A stretch of DNA of 64,000 bases. It comes from an uncultured Desulfatiglans sp. (GTDB taxonomy: Bacteria; Desulfobacterota; DSM-4660; Desulfatiglandales; HGW-15). The stretch is taken from NCBI GenBank assembly GCA_964499695.1, contig CAZCMD010000002.1, positions 5,423 through 69,422 on the forward strand, in the 5' to 3' direction. The notes below the pieces were generated by a model, which saw only the letters and a program-made list of their open reading frames with translations, had not been told where the DNA came from and did no database searches. The position numbers and the translations under genes were made by a program. Position 1 is the first letter of the stretch, and every line of letters begins with the position of its first letter. Below are positions 1-8,741 of the stretch, one piece after another.

Positions 1-226
1 CAGGATTACCGTAGACATCCACAACACGACCATCCTTTACCTGTACCTTAATCGTGCAACGGACCTGGCAGAACGGGCAGCAGCTGTCTATTTCGCGATC
101 CGCACCCGCTACCGGATAAGAAGAAGCCATCGCTTTAGTGGGTATGTCCAGGGAAGACGCTGCAAATCCCGCGCCGATAAGCGTTGCACCGGTTTTTAAA
201 AATTTCCTGCGATTTATTTTTTCCAA
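1..226 (-). CDS. Tat-exported molybdopterin (bis-MGD) oxidoreductase catalytic subunit, N-terminal fragment (gene continues past window start)
   Basis: Hand translation of the minus strand from TTG 226-224 (GAGGAAAGG about 5 nt upstream) gives MEKINRRKFLKTGATLIGAGFAASSLDIPTKAMASSYPVAGADREIDSCCPFCQVRCTIKVQVKDGRVVDVYGNP. It has the twin-arginine motif RRKFLK and the Cx2Cx3C motif of the N-terminal 4Fe-4S Mo/W-bisMGD domain. Confidence 0.65.
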   Translation of the reverse strand, partial: MEKINRRKFLKTGATLIGAGFAASSLDIPTKAMASSYPVAGADREIDSCCPFCQVRCTIKVQVKDGRVVDVYGNP

Positions 227-251
227 CTTTGCCTTTCCTCTTATATACTAT

Positions 252-692
252 TCAGCATGAAATGACCCTGCCCGGCGCTTTTCTCCTGAGATGCTGTTCC
301 ATGGTCCTCTTGAATATCGGAAACAGTTTCTTTTCCTCTTTCGGTAAATATATCTCATCGTAACCCTTTTCTGCCTCAGCAATCACCGTCGAAATCACAT
401 CATCCGTCTCTACCGGCTCAATTTCAAGGGAGATCCCCATCTCCTCTGCCTTCCTGATAAGTTCATTTGCTTCTATCCTGCCCTTTTCAAGGACATGCTC
501 GCGGATATACAGCAGGAATGTCCGCTTGTTCAGTCTGGGGGCAACCAGGTCATTGTGACCGTAATGGTAAAGCTCTGAATCGAGGATCTGCAGAACCTTT
601 ACCATTCCTGAATCGGATCGGGCAGTCTGAAATGCCTGTTCAATGACATTTTCACTATTGTATCCGTTTAACACAATAAGGATATCCTTCAT
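252..692 (-). CDS. Universal stress protein (UspA-like) family protein
   Basis: 146-aa ORF. It has a USP-like alpha/beta pattern (MKDILIVLNGYNSENVIEQAF...VKVLQILD...). It ends 25 nt upstream of the Tat-molybdoenzyme start, so the two are probably co-transcribed. Confidence 0.55.
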   Translation of the reverse strand: MKDILIVLNGYNSENVIEQAFQTARSDSGMVKVLQILDSELYHYGHNDLVAPRLNKRTFLLYIREHVLEKGRIEANELIRKAEEMGISLEIEPVETDDVISTVIAEAEKGYDEIYLPKEEKKLFPIFKRTMEQHLRRKAPGRVISC

Positions 693-777
693 GATCCTTC
701 CCTGTCCTCCTCAATTCTCATAACAATCATCTCAATCTCTGATTAGTCTCCATCCATAACTTTTTGTTTTTGAATGG

Positions 778-860
778 CAGCATTCATACATCAGCTTTCA
801 GTGAAATGGTTTTAAAACTTAATTTGAGCTGACGGCTGATAGCTGAACGCTGAAAGCTCA
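778..860. repeat. Imperfect palindromic intergenic element built from GCTGA(A/T/C)(A/G)GCTGA-type units; related copy at 21228-21317
   Basis: The left arm cagcattcatacatcagctttcag is reverse-complementary (about 18/24) to the right arm ctgacggctgatagctgaacgctg. The same word set (agctttcag, cattcagctatcag, ctgatagctga, gctgaaag) recurs at 21228-21317. Confidence 0.55.
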
Positions 861-888
861 ATCCGGTCTTTTCCCGGATTAATACTCA

Positions 889-1062
889 TTAGTAAAACCC
901 TGCATATTGTAAAAACCAAAGTATGGCTACAGCGCCCAGGGCGATAATCATCGCCATGTACTCATCCGCCCTGTGCCTGCGCTGCTTTGCATCCGCCGCC
1001 GCCTCAACCTTTTTCAAATCATCACTGCCCTGGTCCTGGTTACTGGCTATGTTATCAGACAT
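889..1062 (-). CDS. Small (57 aa) single-pass membrane protein, hypothetical
   Basis: Hand-translated: MSDNIASNQDQGSDDLKKVEAAADAKQRRHRADEYMAMIIALGAVAILWFLQYAGFY. AAGGAG lies 7 nt upstream of the ATG at 1062. The start is 16 nt after the stop of the YeiH-like gene. It is below the 60-aa ORF-track cut-off. Confidence 0.4.
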   Translation of the reverse strand: MSDNIASNQDQGSDDLKKVEAAADAKQRRHRADEYMAMIIALGAVAILWFLQYAGFY

Positions 1063-1077
1063 AATTAACTCCTTCTA

Positions 1078-2262
1078 CTAGCTTATAAAACCCATTTTTG
1101 ATGCAATATAAAGGAGAATCAGGCAGAGGCCTATTCTCAATGATCCGGCTGTATAACCAATCACAATCCCTTTGGCGCCTGCTTTCCTCAGATCCGACAG
1201 CTTGGTCAAAAGTCCCAGACCGACAAAGCTTAAGGAAAAAAACCATTCCATTACCTTGCCCATCGCCTCACTCGCTGGCAGAGGCCAGACCTTCAGGCAG
1301 TTGAGGGTCCAGACAATTGCAAAACCGATAATGAAGATTGGAAACTTCTCCCTGATAACCTGCCAGTAACTGACCGATGACCCACGTATCTCCTTGCCTA
1401 GCGTCATAAAATAGATAAAAAGAACACCCGCTGGAATCAAAACCAGGCGGCCGATATTCGTAAATCCGGCAATCCTCCCCGCTTCGAAACTAAAATTGAA
1501 GCCGGTGGCAATTACCTGGTTTGAGTTAGGTACCCCTGCTGCTGAAAGCAACCCGAATGCATCGTTTGTCATACTGATCAAATGACCGATGAAGGGAAGC
1601 GCAAACAGGCAAAAAAGACCGAAGGTAACCGATACCGCAATGGCATAAGCCACTTCCTCGCTTTTGGCCTTCACCATGGGGGATATGGCGATACACGCTG
1701 AAACGCCGCACATGGAAAACCCCGCTGCGAGAAGGGCTGTCATGGAGTCTCCCATCTTTACCCATCGGCCCATATAAGTAAAAATCAGCGCCCCTCCAAA
1801 AACCATGAATATCATGACTATGATACTCACAGCACCCAGCTTGATGAGGTCACTTAAAAGATATTGAGACCCGAGCATGATGATCCCCACGTTCATGAAA
1901 ATGCCGCTATAGGTAAGGCCTGGTTCCCACGAATTAGGAACACCAATAACATTCCTGACAATGATGCCGACAATCAAACAGTTGACAACATAGTTCATAT
2001 GCAAAAGATCTGTAAAGAAACCTTTGCCATAGATAGGTGGTAAAACAGCATCGATATAATGCAAAAAGGTATCAAGGGTTAAAGGAAAGTTAAGGCCGGG
2101 AAGACCGCAAAACAGGGCGAGCAACGCCATAGCCAGAAGCCCTGGCCAGCTCTTCCTGAAACTGGGGAGCGAACTCCACACCGAAGGCACCCTTGTATTA
2201 TCGGATATTTTTTCTACTGTTTGCCTGTTGGTTATTACTGTTTCCATACAATATTTCTCCAT
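1078..2262 (-). CDS. YeiH/UPF0324-family membrane transporter (annotated in databases as putative sulfate exporter family)
   Basis: 394-aa polytopic membrane ORF. Overall similarity recalled to the YeiH family (...AAGFSMCGVSACIAISP..., ...NSNQVIATGF...). Confidence 0.55.
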   Translation of the reverse strand: MEKYCMETVITNRQTVEKISDNTRVPSVWSSLPSFRKSWPGLLAMALLALFCGLPGLNFPLTLDTFLHYIDAVLPPIYGKGFFTDLLHMNYVVNCLIVGIIVRNVIGVPNSWEPGLTYSGIFMNVGIIMLGSQYLLSDLIKLGAVSIIVMIFMVFGGALIFTYMGRWVKMGDSMTALLAAGFSMCGVSACIAISPMVKAKSEEVAYAIAVSVTFGLFCLFALPFIGHLISMTNDAFGLLSAAGVPNSNQVIATGFNFSFEAGRIAGFTNIGRLVLIPAGVLFIYFMTLGKEIRGSSVSYWQVIREKFPIFIIGFAIVWTLNCLKVWPLPASEAMGKVMEWFFSLSFVGLGLLTKLSDLRKAGAKGIVIGYTAGSLRIGLCLILLYIASKMGFIS

Positions 2263-2266
2263 TATA

Positions 2267-5158
2267 TTACTGCAGTCGCCAGACTTCCCGGTAAGCCAAT
2301 CGATCCAGCACGGTTTCGCGTAAAAAACCTTCTATTGTTCCATTCACTCCTACCATCACATCTATATTATTCCTTTTGAATTCAGCCATATTAGATGTTT
2401 TATGGGTCTTGTTTTTATAAATGGTCTCGATATGCCATGCATTGATGGCCTCCCCGTCAAAATCATCAATAACGATCTTAAAATATCCTTTGGGACCTTC
2501 ATAGACAGGATGATCTGCGTCCAGTACGACAGGTTCGCTGTTTGAAAAAAGTACTTCATTCAGCTGGTAGCAGTGGCCGCAGACATCAGGTTTTACAAGA
2601 AACCTGGGATCCTCCGGCAAGGGCTCGTCCCGCTTGTAGGTTACCGCTCCCTTTGCGATATGGAAAGAAGCTCTTCCCTTTAAGAGATCGACAGGAACAT
2701 CAAGGGTAACGTACATATCCTGGTATCGCATGGTGATCTTTTCCTGGGACGGCCCATACTGTGGGAGTGTATCCAGCAGCTCCTCGTCCATGGGGCCGAA
2801 CGTCTTATCGGAAACCACTTGCCCGTTCGCGTCCGACAGACGGCATTCAACCACTCTCTTTTCAGGGTCAATCTTCACAACCTTGAACATATAACTTCCA
2901 AAGGCCGTCTCTTCACCTTCTCCAAGAACAGCCTGCCCGGGTTTTTCATAGGTTATGGTAAATTCGTCCATGCCCGGGGCGCCCATTTCCGCCACTTCCA
3001 CAAAATCCGGTGAAATGAATTTCGGGATCAGGTATGTGCTGCCCTCGGCAAATACATCAGGGATGTAGTATTTAAAATCCTGTTTATAAACGCCTTCTTC
3101 CGGAAGCGTTTCGGGAAGGTCATCATATGAGTTTAAGCCCTGTGCAACAAGAAGGTTGGCTCCCCAGTTATTCCCCGAATATTTCGTCACGCGAAGTTCC
3201 CCAATCGGCTTACCCCATAAAAAGTCGGTACCCGTGTAGCGAACGGCCTTGGCGCCGTCGCCGATAGCAACATCCTGCCAGAAAATCAGGTTGTCATCGC
3301 CCATGGGATATTCCTTCCAGAGGTCGATCTTAAAGTCCTTCTTTACTACCAGATAGCTTTTAAACCCCAGGAGATATGCATCCTTCCCGAGGATTGTAAG
3401 GGGTTCTCCCGGACGGATATTCCTGTTGTCACGCGAGCTGTAACAAAGCCCCCCGGGAGGGATGATGATTTTACGATTCCTATAATCCACGTAGCTTTTC
3501 CTGATTGTCATGGCTTCCTGGGCGATCAGACGATTGCCATCATTTGTTTTCATGTATTTGCGTATAAAACCATTCAGTTTCGGTACAAATGCACTCGAGG
3601 AGTCAGGGTTGAACCACTTTGCATCAGGAATAACCTCAGGATAGGATGTGAAACGTGACTGCACCACCGGGACACCATAGGTAGGATCAGCCAGTCGTTC
3701 GAGGAAGGTATCCTCCATCACAGGATAGAACAGCGGGCTCTTGCCGATGAAAAAGTCGATATTTTCTCTTCCCTCCTTCCAGAGTATAAGGTTGTCAGTT
3801 CTCTGGAAATAAGAATCTCGCACATAGCAATCCTTTACAACGTCGTCTTTAAAATCCCTGGCAACCACCTTGAAATAACTTCGGTCCCATACTTCTGAAA
3901 TCTTTACAGGACCGTTAAAACTGCTGTTGTTATCGCTCAGGACAAAGGCCTCCCGGTTTTCCAGCACAAGCCTTTTCAGCATGCCTGTCTTATAGTCCGC
4001 CTCAAGCCTCACGATATACCGGTCGTCTTTCGGCCATGGCTTTCCATCCTCAACCCTGATGAGGTCATTGTAGACGGCCAGGGAAAGGGTACCGTCCTTC
4101 CACCCATAAGGCACATCGTTGGCCCAGGGAACGAAGTCCGATGCCTTGTAGGAATAAGGATCAACAATAAGCTCGATATGCATGTCAAGATCGAAATCTG
4201 TCAGGCAATAATCATCCTGATTTTGAATCTTATATTCCTGCTGGGTAGCCGGCTTAAGAAGCTTGGATGCTAGTATTTTTTCCCCTGTCCAGTTCCTTAT
4301 CTCCACCAGGACGCCGTTCTCTTTCCTGAAGGTGTATATCCTTTTGTTGCCGTACCAGCGGAAAGTCTCCTGATATACATCCATCACCCATGGTCTTTCC
4401 ATCGAAAAAACGGCATCAGCGACAATGGGATATTCTATCATCGAAAAAACGGCCTTATCAAAACCGATATTTTTGGCAACCAGTTTTGTAAGTCCATAAA
4501 GATAAGAGTCGCTCATGAAAAAGGATTTAAGCTGAGGATTGATACCTTCATTCAGCTTCATCTCCTTCACATCATCCGCTTTACTAAAGGAGGTAGATAT
4601 AGGCCATTCATGAGGCCATGCCCCGGAAGGTGAAATGAGGGCAAACTCGCCGTATGGTTTTCCGTAATGATCCGTCGCGTAATCAAACCACAGCCGGTAA
4701 CCGGAGGCATCCAGGATCGCCTTTTCACCCTTTTTCACCTCTACATCCCGTTTAATTACTTTTTTATGGGTAGAGCGAAGAAGATAGGTGTGCTCCCCGA
4801 GAATTAAAAACGGTTCTCTCATCAGGGGTCTCGCATCATCTGAGGTCTCAGATACGTAATAAAGACCGCCCGCAGGTACATATGCCTTACCCTCTTTGAT
4901 CTTGCTTCCCCTTAAAATGAGACATTCCGAAAGACCTCGTTTCTCACCGTATTGGTTGTGGTATTCATTGTTAAGCAGGCCTCCAAGTTCGGGGATATAG
5001 GTCGCATCCCGTATTGGGGCCAACCCCCTTGGATTTTCCTCTCCGATGGAGGGAGTTGTGGAGTAAATTAAAAAGAAAGCTATTAAAATGGCCGCTAAAG
5101 ACCATTTCATTCCAGAAGCGCGTGAATGAAGGCATTTATCAATCCTTAGAAAAGACAC
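2267..5158 (-). CDS. Large secreted protein of unknown function (963 aa) with an internal duplication
   Basis: GTG start with GGAGGG 4 nt upstream. The N-terminal signal-like segment is MKWSLAAILIAFFLIYS. Two related segments are present (VPAGGLYYVSE...REPFLILGEHTYLL... and IPPGGLCYSSR...GEPLTILGKDAYLL...). I recognised no family. Confidence 0.7.
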   Translation of the reverse strand: MSFLRIDKCLHSRASGMKWSLAAILIAFFLIYSTTPSIGEENPRGLAPIRDATYIPELGGLLNNEYHNQYGEKRGLSECLILRGSKIKEGKAYVPAGGLYYVSETSDDARPLMREPFLILGEHTYLLRSTHKKVIKRDVEVKKGEKAILDASGYRLWFDYATDHYGKPYGEFALISPSGAWPHEWPISTSFSKADDVKEMKLNEGINPQLKSFFMSDSYLYGLTKLVAKNIGFDKAVFSMIEYPIVADAVFSMERPWVMDVYQETFRWYGNKRIYTFRKENGVLVEIRNWTGEKILASKLLKPATQQEYKIQNQDDYCLTDFDLDMHIELIVDPYSYKASDFVPWANDVPYGWKDGTLSLAVYNDLIRVEDGKPWPKDDRYIVRLEADYKTGMLKRLVLENREAFVLSDNNSSFNGPVKISEVWDRSYFKVVARDFKDDVVKDCYVRDSYFQRTDNLILWKEGRENIDFFIGKSPLFYPVMEDTFLERLADPTYGVPVVQSRFTSYPEVIPDAKWFNPDSSSAFVPKLNGFIRKYMKTNDGNRLIAQEAMTIRKSYVDYRNRKIIIPPGGLCYSSRDNRNIRPGEPLTILGKDAYLLGFKSYLVVKKDFKIDLWKEYPMGDDNLIFWQDVAIGDGAKAVRYTGTDFLWGKPIGELRVTKYSGNNWGANLLVAQGLNSYDDLPETLPEEGVYKQDFKYYIPDVFAEGSTYLIPKFISPDFVEVAEMGAPGMDEFTITYEKPGQAVLGEGEETAFGSYMFKVVKIDPEKRVVECRLSDANGQVVSDKTFGPMDEELLDTLPQYGPSQEKITMRYQDMYVTLDVPVDLLKGRASFHIAKGAVTYKRDEPLPEDPRFLVKPDVCGHCYQLNEVLFSNSEPVVLDADHPVYEGPKGYFKIVIDDFDGEAINAWHIETIYKNKTHKTSNMAEFKRNNIDVMVGVNGTIEGFLRETVLDRLAYREVWRLQ

Positions 5159-5193
5159 ATTACCCTCCGACCTGAAACCTGTTTAAGATTAAA

Positions 5194-5577
5194 TCAGCAT
5201 TTGGACGGGGACAGGGGAATGTCCTCATCTTCTTCTTGAAGCTCCTCACCCTGACGCGGAACAGTATAAAGGTCACCCTCTGTGCCTACCCTGGGGTTGA
5301 TCTCCTTATATATCTCCTGTGTAATCCCGGGTACTTTAAGCAGATCTTCCGCCTTCTTGAAAGGCCCGTTTTCATCCCGGTATTCTATTATGGACTTGGC
5401 GATCTCGGGTGTAATGCCCGGCGCTTTAGCAAGATTCTCTTCAGAAGAGAAATTAAATTGGATTCTTTGTTCTCCCAAACCGCCGGTATGCCCTTTTTCC
5501 TGAGCCAATGCCCATCCAGTAGAGAATATCCCCACTATAAACATCGTGGCCATAAAACTTAATACCCTGTACTTCAT
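5194..5577 (-). CDS. comEA: ComEA-like helix-hairpin-helix DNA-binding protein, exported
   Basis: Signal peptide followed by two HhH motifs (LAKAPGITPEIAKSIIEYR and LLKVPGITQEIYKEI). Confidence 0.65.
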   Translation of the reverse strand: MKYRVLSFMATMFIVGIFSTGWALAQEKGHTGGLGEQRIQFNFSSEENLAKAPGITPEIAKSIIEYRDENGPFKKAEDLLKVPGITQEIYKEINPRVGTEGDLYTVPRQGEELQEEDEDIPLSPSKC

Positions 5578-5636
5578 GATAACACTCCTTGTTTATGTTT
5601 TCTTGTCACATTATTAATTTTGTTTTTTTCCAATAC

Positions 5637-7016
5637 CTATTTTGCCGGTTTAAGGTCTTTGAGCCTGAGAAGGGAATTCTCAGGAGGAATTACAGCATTC
5701 TCTTTTGGCTTCTTAAGCTGCGGAACATAACTATATGGGACCCTGTATGCCCTGTATACCAGGTTAAAATTTTCAGACTTATCATAGTAAGGGCTGACAT
5801 ATTCCCATACTATCTTATAATCAGGTGTAACTTCAAAAATACGGCCAAATGAGCCTTCAGTTATAAGTGTATTACCGTTTGGCAGTCTCTGGGCTGAGCT
5901 TACATAATCACTGTAAAACCTTACGTTATCCCTTGAGCCCGCCTTATTCGCATTATATTCCCATACAATTTCTAGTGTAACAGGGTTTAATTCAATAACC
6001 CTTGAATAATCCCTTTTTAAATTATTAATGCCGGTCGGGGCGACGGGACTAGGTTCACCATATCCACCATAACCACCATTATCAAAAATAAGTATGTTTC
6101 CTTCACCGGGCAAACCTTTTGGGATCATGTGGGCATGATGCTGACCTATAATAGGCCCGATCTTTCTCAGTTCCTTTGTAGATTCATATTCAGGACCTAA
6201 ATGCCATACAATCTTGCCGGTTTTTCTATCTATGATTCCGGTCGTATTGGTCTGGCGCCCATCATATATGATATTGTCAGGGTTGAATCGTTCATCTCCC
6301 TGATCATACCACTTGTTTGGACCAAGCCATGACGCGGCATTAACATGTATCCAGTCGCCGCCAACAATACCCGGCGTCCTGGTCATCGCGTAATTTGGGT
6401 ATCTGTACATGACTATCTTTGCAATTTCATCAAATCCCATCTCTTTTACATGATCGCTGGCAATCCATCTGAAGATTTCTTTACCGCTGTAATCCACTTC
6501 CACGATAATATCATCACACAAAAGCTTGTCACTTATCTTCTTGTTCTCGACCATAAAATTGGAAAGGATCAGCGTTTTGCCCTTGTCCACGTATGAATCC
6601 ATTCCGGGCACATAATAGCCTACAGGGTTCCCCTCCCTCTGAAAATCATGGTGAACACCTGCCTTCTTAAATGTCCATACTATTTTTCCATCCCAGTCAA
6701 CGATTGAAAGATCATTTGATTCTTCATGACCCAGTATCCTGCCGCCCTTTCCTGTGGCACCCATTGCATATCCGCCGGGGAGTAATTTTGCAGGATGCTC
6801 CTCGTCACACATGTTGGCCCAGTGATGAACAACATTACCGTTCATATCTATCAGGATTGCCTGGTTTCCCTTTGTTGTAAGAATTGTGTAGCCGCTGTAT
6901 GTTTTATCAGGGTTAAAAATAGTTGTACCGTGGGGATACACAGTAGGAAACGCATATATTGATGAAGGTATTAAAAAACACAGCAACAAAATCGAATATA
7001 TATAGTATCTTTTCAT
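5637..7016 (-). CDS. Arylsulfotransferase (ASST)-like beta-propeller protein, exported
   Basis: Recurrent propeller-blade motifs (DMNGNVVHHW, DWDGKIVWTF, DRKTGKIVWHLG, LEIVWEY, YKIVWEY) typical of the ASST family. I chose the ATG at 7016 (AAGGAG 6 nt upstream) rather than the TTG at 7034. Confidence 0.5.
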   Translation of the reverse strand: MKRYYIYSILLLCFLIPSSIYAFPTVYPHGTTIFNPDKTYSGYTILTTKGNQAILIDMNGNVVHHWANMCDEEHPAKLLPGGYAMGATGKGGRILGHEESNDLSIVDWDGKIVWTFKKAGVHHDFQREGNPVGYYVPGMDSYVDKGKTLILSNFMVENKKISDKLLCDDIIVEVDYSGKEIFRWIASDHVKEMGFDEIAKIVMYRYPNYAMTRTPGIVGGDWIHVNAASWLGPNKWYDQGDERFNPDNIIYDGRQTNTTGIIDRKTGKIVWHLGPEYESTKELRKIGPIIGQHHAHMIPKGLPGEGNILIFDNGGYGGYGEPSPVAPTGINNLKRDYSRVIELNPVTLEIVWEYNANKAGSRDNVRFYSDYVSSAQRLPNGNTLITEGSFGRIFEVTPDYKIVWEYVSPYYDKSENFNLVYRAYRVPYSYVPQLKKPKENAVIPPENSLLRLKDLKPAK

Positions 7017-7043
7017 AACAGGCTCCTTAGTCAAAAGACAGGT

Positions 7044-7532
7044 TTAATAAACATGGAAACTTTCAGTATCATCTATATCAAACCACTCCTTGAGCATCTC
7101 AAACCATTTTTCCTTTTCATCCTTCCTGACAGTGGTTACAGACTCCTTATTTGGCCCTATTATCAGTATAACCTTCTGGCCCACATTCCATGCCTGGGGT
7201 TTGTAGAACATCTTTCCGGTGCTGCCCTCTGCAACGGCTTTGTATTCATCCGCAGTAAGGGCCTCCTTGGCGATATCCGCTATCTCCTTTGATTCATCAA
7301 AGCTCCCCAGCACAAAAATATACAACTCCTCCTTTACACCAGAAAATGAATCCGGGGTAACAACCTTAACAGGTATCTCCTTTGACTCAAGAAACCCGAG
7401 CCAGTCTTTTGAGGCATCCTGTGTGGCCTTTGTGGCAACCACTATAAGATCTGCAGCGGTTGTATTATAAGCAAGTAAGATGGCCATAAATACTGTGGAA
7501 ACCATTATTTTCCATACCGATTTTATCTTCAT
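7044..7532 (-). CDS. Exported hypothetical protein (162 aa)
   Basis: ORF with an N-terminal signal-like hydrophobic segment, in operon position upstream of the ASST-like gene. Confidence 0.5.
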   Translation of the reverse strand: MKIKSVWKIMVSTVFMAILLAYNTTAADLIVVATKATQDASKDWLGFLESKEIPVKVVTPDSFSGVKEELYIFVLGSFDESKEIADIAKEALTADEYKAVAEGSTGKMFYKPQAWNVGQKVILIIGPNKESVTTVRKDEKEKWFEMLKEWFDIDDTESFHVY

Positions 7533-7562
7533 GAAATCCTCCTCAATATTTTTATTGTTTAT

Positions 7563-7923
7563 TTATTTTTTTTTGATCCTGTCTCTATACTTCTTTTCCA
7601 TTTCAATGAGTCCGCTGGAGTATTTTTCAAGATGATTCCTCATGGAATCTGAGGCCTTGTCAGGGTTCCCTGAAATAACCGCCTCCAGTATTTCATTATG
7701 CTGCCCTGTACCATGCACTATCATATCACCCCCACAGTAACCTGCCACGATTATCTCCTGTGTTGAGGTATACGAAACATAATTTCCTCCGGTACAGGTG
7801 ATTTATTGACGTGTGCTTTTCAGAATTCATATTCTGTTTTTTATATATAGGGAGATAGTTCTTATGTGTCAATGAAAATCTAAAACCGATTTTGCCTGAT
7901 TCCTCCTGTAATACAATATTCAT
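7563..7923 (-). pseudogene. Remnant of a GntR/FadR-family regulator (only the FCD-domain C-terminus is intact; the upstream part is frame-disrupted and no wHTH is present)
   Basis: The 61-aa ORF ends with an FCD-like signature (QHNEILEAVISGNPDKASDSMRNHLE). The overlapping 65-aa ORF 7726-7923 is in another frame. No N-terminal DNA-binding domain is present. Confidence 0.35.
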
Positions 7924-7983
7924 AGGGACTGGTGCACGTCCCTGTTATTGCTCTACAATATACTGCAAATTCCGTAACATGTT

Positions 7984-8232
7984 TCATATTTTTTTAAGGG
8001 CCGTAAAAGTTCCCAGGCTGTTACCGCTGGCAAAGGCCAGGATATTCATCATCCCGTTGCTGGCGCTATCCTGCAGGATCATGGTCAGAAGCACGAAATT
8101 GACTACTGTAATGATCCCGCTCAGAAGCGTGGCCGCTGCGATTTTTTTTTCAGTTATGAATCTGGTGTACTTTGTGACCAAAAGATCGACAATAAACCCT
8201 GCCACAAAAATGATTAAAATTTTCCAGACCAT
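7984..8232 (-). CDS. Small membrane protein, DUF5698/UPF0316 N-terminal-like
   Basis: 82 aa with 3 predicted TM segments. It resembles the membrane part of the YebE/UPF0316 family (…GMMNILAFASGNSLG…). Confidence 0.4.
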   Translation of the reverse strand: MVWKILIIFVAGFIVDLLVTKYTRFITEKKIAAATLLSGIITVVNFVLLTMILQDSASNGMMNILAFASGNSLGTFTALKKI

Positions 8233-8741
8233 GGGTCACCTCCTTCCTTGGAGATTTAATGGAATGTGATCTTGACCGAACCGACGGACACCTATCGGGT
8301 TCCGGATATCAGAAACAAAGATATCTCTATCCGGATATCTAACCGGAAAAGCATTCAGCTTAATGATGAATTGGCTTAAAATTTTTCAAGTTGTAAAGAT
8401 TCATGATTGGATAAAAGAGAAGAGGTCGACACGAATCTTTATTACCCAAAGCCCGACGGAGGTTGATCTTTTAAATCCATAAAAATCTCCATTTTTAAGT
8501 GAATAATAAGCCTACAAAGGCTATTTTTGCTCCAATATAATATTAAACGGTTGGAATGTCAAGATTTAGCCGAAAACAGGCAAATATCGGAATTTTCTAA
8601 TTTTATAGCCACAGTCAGATCCGGCAGTCAAATAATATTCAGTAAACCGTAAAGGATTCCTGTCAGGGTCTGTAAAATAGGGCTTTACATTTTTCTATTT
8701 TTTATTTAAAGCGCTAATACTAATAGATGAGGTGCCTGTAT

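Noticed and set aside
8400-8480. Possible c-di-GMP-I (GEMM) riboswitch, because of ...acccaaagcccgacggagg...
   Set aside because: Only one short stretch resembles the ACGCAAAGCC.CCGG core. The paired GGCAAACC/tetraloop-receptor half is not evident, and the element would be about 270 nt from the next start codon. A covariance-model scan would be needed.
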